From contig OZ336885.1 of the NCBI GenBank assembly GCA_965287045.1, positions 65,968,001-66,032,000 on the forward strand: 64,000 bases of DNA. Reading direction: 5' to 3'. The stretch's first letter is position 1. Each line of letters starts with the position of its first letter. Origin of the DNA: Carcharhinus amblyrhynchos (Eukaryota). The notes beneath the pieces were generated by a model. The model was not told the origin of the DNA. It worked only from the letters and a program-made list of their open reading frames with translations, and did not search any database. Of this stretch, positions 53,760-64,000 are shown piece by piece. The position numbers and the translations under genes are program-made.

Positions 53760-54930
53760 ATCAATGTGCCATTTTGGTCAACATGCTCAGCTGAGGTACC
53801 ACCTGTACCTCAGCTGATATACTGTCTGGAAATGTGGATCTGTCGGCCTAGATCCATCTGTATTATTTGTAAGGGTTCCACAATTCACTGCATACTTTCA
53901 TTCTGCAATAAGGCTTCCAAATCGCAAAACCGTTCCTTTGTCAGGGTGAAACTCCATCTGCTATATTTCTAGTCAGTTTTCCACCCGAATATATCTTACT
54001 GAATCCTCTACAAGTCATTCTCACTTTCCGCTACTCACCCAAGTTTTGTGTTGTCTGCAAATTTGCTAATCAGGCTACTTACATTTGCTAATGAGACTAC
54101 TTCTGAATAATTTATGTACGTGATCGCAAGCAACATAATCTCCAGCAGTGATCATTTTGGAAGACGGTTTGTCAAAGACCTCCATTCGGAAAACTACCCT
54201 TGTACTGAGACTGTCTGCTTTCAAAATACAAACGAGTTTTGTATCCATCTTACCAGCTCAACACGGATCCCATATTGCTTCACTTTCTGTATCAGCTGCC
54301 ATGCGCCTGATGGAAGGCCGTACGAAAACCCATGCATGCAGCATCCACAGCCCTGTACTGGTCATTGTTTCTTCTCACTTCCTCAAATACGTCAGCCACG
54401 TTAATGCATCACGAGCTCCCCTCCAGAAAACCTTGCTGCCTGCCTCGATTAAGCCTTTCCACTTCTAGACGCTTGCACATCCTGTCCGAAAGAACCTGTC
54501 CAATTCAGTTCCCCATCACTGGTGTAAGACTCAAAGGTCCGGAATTTCCCGGATTTCCTCGTCTGTCTTTTATATGTTTGCTGCTCTGAAATCTTCTGGT
54601 CGTTCACCCGTGACTAAAAAGGATACAGAGATGTTGCCCAAGTCCTCAACAGATTTTTCCCGCCTCACTCTCAGTATTCTGGAATAGATCCTATTTGACT
54701 GTAAATACCCCTCACCCCCTCATTTTTTAAAACTTTCAGTATCTCCTTCCTTTTCATCTCAAAACGTCTTCCAATGATAACAACCTCAGTTCTACACTTA
54801 CCATCCACCTCATTCTTCTCCTTTGTGAATACAGATGCAATGTACTCGTTAGGGACCTCGCCTGCCTCATCTGGCTCAACAAATAAATTCCCCCCACCGT
54901 CGTTTACTGACCCGACAATTTCCGTACTGG
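53760..54930 (-). mobile_element. Degenerate CR1 RT fragment
   Basis: Minus ORF NEYIASVFTKE; ttgtgttgtctgcaaattt is the reverse of the KFAD motif region. Confidence 0.85.
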
Positions 54931-55371
54931 TACAACCGGGAGATTGACCCCCCGCTCTCATGTAACCACTTAGAGGAGAGGATGTTACTTTATGTGCTTT
55001 TAAACGTGAGTGAGAAGTAGTGTGATCTGCTCTTCAGCAAATTTGGTGATCAGCTCAAAATAACTGCATGAAACTTTTTCAGTAAAACATACAAGTAACA
55101 GTTTTTTTACTTAACTAACACTGAACAGGTTGACTAAACTATTAACATACCACATAAAGCGCTATTCAAATAGAATGCTGTTTAGATCAGTACAAATCCC
55201 ACTTTTTCGCAAGGAGTAGATTATTTACAACCACACTAAACGTATAATCAGATTTTACATCCAGAGATATTCTATTGTCATCCTTGTTTCTTCTGCATGG
55301 TATCTTTGGCTTCCTTCAATATGTTTTCAATTCATACGAGTTTTGCGCTAAAATAAATTAATTGTGGCAAA

Positions 55372-55454
55372 GAGAGTAGTTGATAACAGAGACCAGTTAT
55401 TTTTGTCTCTTGAGAGTAGTTGATAACAGAGACCAGTTATTTTTGTCTCTTGAG
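55372..55454. repeat. Perfect 40-bp tandem duplication
   Basis: gagagtagttgataacagagaccagttatttttgtctctt x2. Confidence 0.97.
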
Positions 55455-55729
55455 CTGAAATATCTCTTTGCTACATCTTATGTCATATCAACATCAGGTT
55501 ACAAAAACATCAACCTCAAATCTGATAGGCTGCTGTTAGTACAGTTTAAACCAGGATATATTGTTTAAGCCTGTTGTCTTGGCAATACTTCAACCTGGCC
55601 TCCTGATGTCAATGTTTCACTCCAAGCTCTCTGGGTTCATGTACTTTACAGAAAACAGACAACTCTAAATACAACAGGCATCATCCTTTTAAAAGATAAT
55701 TTTACAAACACCAACGTCACAACACATCA

Positions 55730-57720
55730 TTCCTAGGAGGAAAAAATGAAACATGATCATTAAAAGACAGCTTCACTTCTTTTCTCCTTGTAAACTCAGG
55801 CCAAACGATGTGCAAAAACAAAGAGCAAAAGACAGGGGAAATTACAACACAGGGAGACGACCTCCGGCCTTCGAAACCTGAAATACCCATGCTGCCGATT
55901 GACCTAAGACCACCTACTCTTCTGCGGACCACATCCCTCTATTCCCATCCTACTTTTGAAATTGTCATAATGACCCTGAAATTTCACTATCGCATCTGAT
56001 CCACTAATTCCCTCGGCAGCGAGTCCAAGGCACCCAACTTTCTTTGTGTAAAAAAAAGTCTCGCACATCTTGAAATATCGCCTCTCACAGCTTAAACCTA
56101 TGCTCTCTAGGAACTGGATCTCCCACCCTGGGAAAAAAACTATCCACTCAGTCCATGTCCTTCATGTTCTTGTAGACTTCTATCACTATTCCATTGATCG
56201 AGTGAGAACAAAACAGGTTTGTGAAAACTCTCCCTATAGCTAATATCGTCTTCCATACGAGACAGCATCGTTCTAATCCTTTTCTGTACCCTCTCCAAAA
56301 CCTCCACACCCTACCAGTAGGGCGGCGACCAGAATTGAGTACTATATTCCAGGCACGTTCTAACTAAGGTGCTATAAGGCTGCAACATGATTTTCCAATT
56401 TGTAAACTCAACCACCACCCCCCCCCACAAATCACCCACAATCCCACAGCCCCCCCCCCCCCACCCACCCACCCCCGGGAAGGGGGTGAGTGGTGGGGTG
56501 GGGGGGGAGGTTTGGAGTTAAGTATGCCATATGCCTTATTTATTTTTCTTCTCCCCCTGTGATACTACTTCCGTGACCTCTGTATCTGCACACCCATATC
56601 CCTCTGCCTATCAATACTCTTAAGGGTTCTGCCATTTACTGAATATTTCCACCAATCATCTTCGTCACTCCTTTGAAAAACTCGATCAAGTTATTGAAAA
56701 ACGACCTCCAATTCACATAATCATGTTGCCTGCACCTAACACGTCTACTTATTTCAAATGGGAGTCAGCTCTACCTCAAAGATACTTGTCCACTAATTTC
56801 TTTCCACTGACGTAAGGCTCGCCACCCCTTGTAAACAAAGAAACACCATTTTCTATTTTCTAATACTCTGGGATCTCTGCTGCAGTCAGTAAGCGTACAA
56901 AAATGTTTTCAAGGCCCAACAATTTCTTCCCTAGCTTTTTCCAGTGTTTTTGAGTATATCCATCTGTCCCTGGGAACCTGTTTACCTTTTCTTTTTCAAG
57001 CCCACATTACCTCATTCTTTATGATCTTAAAATAGCCCAAACTGGCTACACACCTTTGCCTGTCGTCCAGGAAATCTTTTCCGTTGCTGAATACTGAATC
57101 GTTTTACACTCTCCTCTCTTCCTTCTCAAACTTCTGTATCATGGAATGTTTATCTACCAATCCTATCCTTCCCTTAACCAAGGCTTTGTAATGGCAATAA
57201 CATCTTAGTTTCAAGTAATAATCCAATGTTTTTTTTTATGTCACTCCAGGCTCTGAATTAATCTGCCTTACCTGTTACACTGCCCGCATTAAAACAAATG
57301 CTCTTCAACCCAGCAGGTCCTCTTTGACCAGCAACCGCACCGTGCCTGCTCTTGTTTCTGTGCCTTACTGGCCCCCCTCTAGTTTCTTTTAAGTATATTC
57401 ACCTTTGTTTTGATCCCTATATCCTGCCAAACGAGATTATGCCCTCCAGCATGACACTAACATCGCCACCGACCAGTAAGTTAAAGCGCCTTCACTTTAG
57501 TTGCAAAAATTCCTTCTTATAAAGGTTCCACCTGCCCCGGAATTGATCTCTACGTATAAATATCTGAAACTGTCCCTCAAATACCAGCTGTTTAGCTGTA
57601 CTATCACCCGATTTCGATTCTTGAACAATGTTTAATTGTTCACATTGAACAATGTTTAATCCTGAGATTACATCCGAAAGTATTTTTTGAACATTCTATC
57701 GAATTCCCCAAACCTGCCGA
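55730..57720 (-). mobile_element. Internally deleted degenerate CR1 pieces
   Basis: Colinear similarity to 39700-41050 and 44196-44760 (e.g. tatcaatactcttaagggttc, gcattaaaacaaatg); boundaries approximate. Confidence 0.75.
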
Positions 57721-59012
57721 AGAAAAAGCACTTGCCTTAACATACGTGAAGTCTTATGGTTCAAAGACTCCAGTTAACAGTGTACGCGAGATCTTTGTCT
57801 TGTCGCTGTGTCATTAGCTCAGTCTCCATGTCAATGATGTGCAGCCAAAGATATCCAGATTATTCCATAAGCATTGCCGAGGACATAAAAAAACACAAAC
57901 GTAGACATTTCACTTGCGCTATTCCATTCTCCTTAAAATGTTTCAGTTCATGCTTAGAACATTTCATTCAATTACTTTGATTACTCTTACTGAATATTGT
58001 ATTAACCTTATCAGTAGTGGGCATTCATTTCAAGAATGAGAAACACTAATTATCACCATAAACTACCCAACAGCTTGCATCATTCGTTGTATCGAAATTA
58101 ATAATACAAATCCTATCGCGCTAACCAAATTAGAAATCTTTCCTAAATCACACTGAAACATCTGTTCATATGTTTTTTTTTAGCAGTTTCTTGTTTATTA
58201 ATTAGCAGCTCATGCTGTTCTTCGCCCATATTCCGGAAACGTTTTCAGACTGCAAACTTTGTGATTTAGTCTTCCCATTTCTGTTGAATGTCAAATAAAA
58301 TCAACAGTGTCTCTTTATGAATAGATTGCCACTCATTTACTCACAAAAACTCCCAGAAGCCAATGCTAAGTTCAATTAAGAAATGTATTGTTTTTATATT
58401 CTGAAACGGAGATAACAGATTTTGTTATGAAAAAAAAGTAATGACTTACGTTTTTTTTTTATTTTCGCCGTTCTTCTATTGAACTCGGGCTGGAAAAAGG
58501 ACCATTGTTTCACATTGGTTAATATAATTAAAGCTGCAGCTGTCAGTTAAATGATAAATACAAAATAAATATTGATGTTTAAATGTCATTAATAATCCCT
58601 TCCATACCCCAACTGCCACTAATGAATGTTTGCTCACCTATTTAATGTCAATAAGGTAGCAAAAAACAAGACTCCAAATGGCCTTAAAAGTTTTATTAGG
58701 AATAAACGGGGTGGGGGGAAGATCTGTTCATTTCCGTGTACTGAATCTTTTTTTTCGTGGATTAAAGTTATTGGGCAATGTAGATAAGAAACACAAACCA
58801 AATATCTCGCCAGTAATTTGGAATTTAAAAAATGACCTGCAAATGAAACAGCACATTTAGCACAATAAGATTATTCAAATTAATGTGTTCCTTATGAAAA
58901 TCTTCGACTCAACATCATCTGAAGATGTTAGATATCCGTTTTTGTTTTGTCGTGAAGTACCTGAAATTTCTATTTTAATACCTGATGTTTCATGTCTGCT
59001 TCTGTATGACAG

Positions 59013-59048
59013 AAACTGAAAAAATGAAGCAAGAACTGATACAGAGCG
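59013..59048 (+). CDS. 36-nt phase-1 exon, ETEKMKQELIQS
   Basis: ctgcttctgtatgacag|...AGCG|gtaaaa; shares EKMK with exon 33154. Confidence 0.7.
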
Positions 59049-60014
59049 GTAAAAAAAATGAAGATAATCATGATTAATACTTCTCATTGTTCATTTTCAC
59101 TCTGCTTCATATTGTCATCCAGCAATGTTTGCAGCTGCACAATTGTCCGAAAAGAGTCACGATGCCTGTTTGCTGAAAGTGAAGATGATTGTTGAACACA
59201 TTAGCAGTATTTAGGCTTAGAAATAACATGCAAAACAAAACATAAGAGTACTGGAAATCTTCCACGTCTCACAGCATCTGTGGACAGAGAATAGAGCCTT
59301 AGTTTTGAGGCTTGATTGCCTTTTGTCAAAGTTGAGACTTTCCAGCATTTTCTGTTTTTGTTTGAGATTTCCAGTATTTCAGTGTTTTGCTTTATCTCAG
59401 ATCAAACATGTTGGAAGTTACAAATTCTAACGTGTATCAAGGCACAATTCTGATCAGCACATGACAAGGAGGTGTACCTCTTCTGGAGAGATTGCATTGC
59501 AGCTTTATACGGACTGTCCCGGAGTTGGAAGTTACAGATATCAAAAGAGTTTGGGATTATCGATGATTTTTTGGAATGGAATTTAGGGAGGTGATACATA
59601 CTCGTTTGCGAATAGTAGGAGAACCGTCGATGGCATAAATAGAAAAAAAAGTGTTTTCCCATAGCTCAAGAGTCAATTGCAGGAAGCTATTGGTTTTCTG
59701 TGGTTAGTAGGTGGATTAGAATATAGACGAAAGAACAATTAATGTCAGCCAGATATCTGTGGATTTCCGCGATTCACAGCTTGAACAGCTGTTTGGGAAT
59801 GAAGCGCTGAACCCAGTTAAGATCTAAGTCGTGCTGTTCTGTAGTATTTAAGTATTTGATTGAGCTGAAAGTAAATAACTGACTTTTTTGTGTTATTTTC
59901 CCGGAAGTTGCAATGGGCTGAACTGTCCAATTATGTATCACGACGTTTAGGCCACACTGTATGATTGGATGTTGCAGTTCCTCCACTTGTGAAGAAAAAC
60001 AATGATGCCAATGA

Positions 60015-60160
60015 AATTGGATAGGTTTATGGACAAAAAGGGATTGGTTTAGATTAGTGGGTCAATGTTTTTTTTTAAAATAAGACTGGTCGGCGCAACA
60101 TTGTGGGCCGAAGGGCCTGTTCCGCGCTGTAATGTTCTATGTTCTATGTTCTATGTTCTA
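60015..60160 (+). mobile_element. CR1 3' terminus with (TTCTATG)n tail; further CR1 fragment ~59420-59700
   Basis: gtgggccgaagggcctgttccgcgctgtaatgttctatgttctatgttctatg. Confidence 0.85.
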
Positions 60161-61399
60161 AATTTATTCGATGGCAGACCAGCCATACATCTGGTACTTC
60201 AATTCTCGACTATGCAATCCCGTTAAAATTGTGAAATTGAATGCATTAACAGATTTGGTGTGCTAAAAAATAGTCAAAATATTGAAAGATTATTTTAATA
60301 ACAGAGTCCTTACTTTCCTTAAATTCACTGTCGACTCTTTTTTTGTGACCAACATCCCGCTCTCGTCCCCTCCATCCCTCCCTATCCCCGCCGCACCCTC
60401 CCCCCCACCCCCCCGCCAACCACGCACCCCACCCCCCACCCCCCACCCCCGCCCCTCATTCAATGCACATCCTTCCCTGGAGAACTCTCTTGCACTGTTT
60501 TCTTTAAATCCATCATGTTGGTCTAATGATTTAAGTACCAGACATGAACTCATTCCAAATACAGAACAGTTCCCGGGGTATTTATCGTCTCCTGCTAATT
60601 GCACTAAAAAAAACCGAACACCAAGCGTGCTTAGGCGCTGCAAAGAAAGATGCCGCGCAGGTTATTGAGCAGTTGACTTCTGGTCGAGGCATGAGCGCCA
60701 CGCTTATTTTTCATATGTTCGTTGGCGTAAACAAGCAATGTTCAAAGGTCGTTGTCTGGTCAGGGAACATGCAAACGTCTTTACGAAAAGCATAGATTTG
60801 GGGAGAACCATGAGTTCGCAAATTCTCGTTGTGTCAACCGGCGGGGAACATGCAGCTTGGTGTGTTTTGAAGTAGTTGTCACCGGAATCTTGTGATCAGT
60901 AATTTGAGAAAAAAAATAAGAATAGTTATTGTCTTGCCATTCTCGGTCTTTATAATTGTTCCCTGTAGGTTCAAAAACGTTTCCTCTTACCATTTCCTTC
61001 GTATGTATCTGCGCAACTATAGAAGAACTATCCAACTACACCAGTGACTAAAGTTGCATTGCCGCATATTTTGCAATGCAGTTCAACTGTCTGTAGAATG
61101 TTTGCAATTCTGGGAAATTACCCCGCCACATATACCCCGCCATACTTCTCAAGTCCGAACTTCCAAAGCATTTTCACTTGTGTCCCAGCAAATCCAAAAT
61201 TGGCAACATTGAAGTTACGGCAAAATAGATTCCACTCGTTCTCCGTAAATGTATCTTTAATGCAATGTTAGATGCGATTGCTTGTCAATTTTGCGTGAAG
61301 CAAGTTATACAAAACAAGTTTGTACTTAATAATGGCGTTAACAATAATAATAATAATAATAACAGATTTAATACTTCCAAAATATTTCGACATATTCAG

Positions 61400-61426
61400 G
61401 CGTGAACTGGAGCGAAATTTTCCAAG
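61400..61426 (+). CDS. 27-nt phase-1 exon, GVNWSEIFQ
   Basis: tttcgacatattcag|...CAAG|gtaaag. Confidence 0.65.
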
Positions 61427-64000
61427 GTAAAGAATGAATAAATATCTGGTTAATATTAAAATAAATACATCGCAGAATTATTTTGCAGCTGTTAGCAAGT
61501 AGTTAAAAACGGTAACACAAAAAGGGGTCATTTTGCTGGAGGAAATGTACCAGCATCTATGTTTTTTTTTAATCTGTCAACTTTAATTTACATTTCATCA
61601 CATTTCGCTGTGAAACTAGTAGTTGAGTTAATTTCCAATACATGATAATATAGCCAGCTTGCAACCGTTGTTGAAAAATGCAAACGTCACGGGAATGTAA
61701 CCCGAATGCCGCCATTGCAATAAATTCTATTCTCACCTTTTCAGTATTGTGCCCTAAAAACTAATCAATGCACTCTGCCTATTAGGCCCAGCCAGCTATG
61801 TTTACAATGACACCTTCTAGTTTCCAAAATAAGATGTTTCTTACCGAAAATGTATTTGTCTCAACAACAAATTATTAGGAGGCAAAGCAATATTTATTCA
61901 TCATTGCCAGTGTAATAAGTTTACCCAGTTCATTCTTCTCATTAGTCTTGAATTGCAACGTACTCAAAGTGTCATTGGGCAGCCCCATTGACAATCAGCC
62001 TGCGTAGAAAGAGAGTATTTTGAGCCTCCCGCTCCTCCTTGTCTATGAGGCGATTCTGCACTCGCCTACTAGCACAGCTCGTATTTTACGTAACCTACGG
62101 GTACATCTATTGACGGTTGTCCATAGCGATCATTGCAGGTCTAAATATCGTGTCCCGTTATTAAACCTCTCACGTCCTGCAATGTTTTATTTCAATATAA
62201 TGTTTCAAGTATCTGTGACGAATCTTTCTACTTTTCTTTGCCACAAAATAATTGCGGAGAAATCTTCTCCAGGGTAATTTATTTCAGTCATTTTTTTTTC
62301 CCCTCAGTGTTTAGGAAAGAATTTGCGATATAATATCCCGACAGGGACGATACGCATAGTGAAGAGGATCTTTCCCACAGTATAATTTCAACGCAAGGCA
62401 TTGTCATTTTTCATCTGGAAAAGTTATAAAATGAATAAAGAGTAATATATTCACTCTATAATAATTCAAGAGGCGATGTAGATTGAGAAATTGACCTCAA
62501 ATTGTAAAAAGAAACATCAACTTAATATTACAAAGAACAACAAATGTGCGCAAAAGTGCAAGAGTTCTCAGGATATATCTTTGAATAGGGTGTGGAACGT
62601 GTCGAAATATCTAATACATTTATGTTCGGTGGGCCACCTAAGACTGATACAGGAACATAATTCCTCACTTCACAGCGAACAGAATAGCAGGTGAAATAAA
62701 TTGTTCATTCAGTGAAAGTCTGTGTACTCCAAGGGATCATTATCAGCAGGATAATTTTACAAATCTTACATCAGCAGAAAATATAATTCCAAGGCTACAA
62801 AAATAAACCCGCGCACTATGCAACGATGTGCATCAAGATAAACTAGTACGAGCTCCCTAAACGCACAAAAGCTCAAGACAAGGGAGGCACGACAAAGAAC
62901 ATGTCGGAAGGTCACTTGGACACCGTTGCCGTCTCGTTGGCCGATTTAATTTGAAATGAGGCTTCATGCATCTTCTTTATTAAGGATATCGCAAGCGGGC
63001 AATGCAAGTCTGACATTTCCACGAGGCAATGCTCTCTTGGTGTATCAAGTGATTCATATTTCAAATATAACAAACATATTGTTAATGTTTCGTTCATTCA
63101 AACATTTCCAGGGGCATATAGTGGCAATACAACGGCCAATAATTGCCATCAAATCTCCCTGCATTCGTTGGATTCTAAGGCAAAAACATCTGGTGTTCGA
63201 ATTATTTTACACATCAGACCATTTTTTTTTCTTTCCACGTATGAAGATTCGAACTTTCTTCGAACTAACATTCCATGTCGGTTGACATGGACATGTCAGA
63301 TTTTTTTTTTAAATCTGCTTTCTGTATCGACAAAGCAGAATATTCGAATAAGCAATCACTGTGTTCTCTCTAGCATATGACAGTTGGTTCACTAAAAGCT
63401 AGTTATGAAAATATCGAAACTCGATCACCAATCTCTGTAGGGTCAGGCCCTCATGATGAGCGAAAACTTTTTTTTATTTATCCATGAGTATTCGACGGAT
63501 TGGCTAGCAATTAATCGTCACCCCGACTTATCCTTACGAGTATGGTGACGAAATGACTCCTTTCAGTCCTGTAGTCTACAGGTTCAGGTACAACAATGTC
63601 GTTCTTTTGAAAAACATGTCAAATCTTAACCCAACAACAGTCATGTTTTTAGATCAGAATGTTGAATGTTTTGCAGGTGGAAGAAAAAATAAGAGTTTGC
63701 ATTCCCATGTATCTGCTGACCTTGTTATTTTCGATAGTTGTTGCCATCTGTTTGGAAGGATTTGCCTCAGTACCTATGTTGACGGTTTTCTTTGGATATT
63801 GTTAAATGGTGATGCTTCAGCTTTTTTCCTCTTTGGTGACAATGAAAGTGAATGCTTGATGTTGGACGGCTAAACTAGCAAGTAACTTCAAACTTCAGGA
63901 ACGTAGACTGCAGATTAACAACATTGCATCACTTGAGTGCTGACCCTTGTGTATTCAACGTTTTACCACACTTTTCTTGGCATATGCACTTTTCTCTGAT

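Noticed and set aside
60282-60668. Pro-rich / Gly-rich ORFs
   Set aside because: Produced by a low-complexity C-rich tract
1-64000. Prokaryotic systems (CRISPR, operons, defence islands) and tRNA/rRNA genes
   Set aside because: Sequence is vertebrate intronic DNA; the 40-bp repeat at 55372 has no spacers and tRNA-like boxes belong to SINEs

Overview
Eukaryotic, AT-rich, repeat-laden DNA whose repeat complement (degenerate CR1 LINEs with TTCTATG/TTCTTTG tails, HE1-type V-SINEs, Rex1/Babar remnants, an LTR) points to a cartilaginous fish, probably a shark. None of the supplied ORFs is a real gene; the recognisable ones are LINE debris. The real content, invisible to the ORF track, is a plus-strand gene spread across the whole window as about 20 micro-exons, almost all 27 or 36 nt, with canonical AG/GT sites. 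Phase 1 is the only frame open in all of them (one extra 36-nt exon has a stop). Spliced, they give a charged, heptad-like peptide ending ...ERNKLLMRLIDA-EDKLKACQN-ELKACKTSG-QTDLIKCQL-ETEKMKQELIQS-GVNWSEIFQ, resembling in architecture a butyrophilin/BG-type coiled-coil cytoplasmic tail (inference). The first 21.5 kb is a ~10.3-kb tandem duplication (2 units plus a partial third, roughly 90% identical by eye) that amplifies a 5-exon, 60-codon module. Neither gene start nor end is clearly inside the window. All exon calls were made by eye and need RNA-seq.
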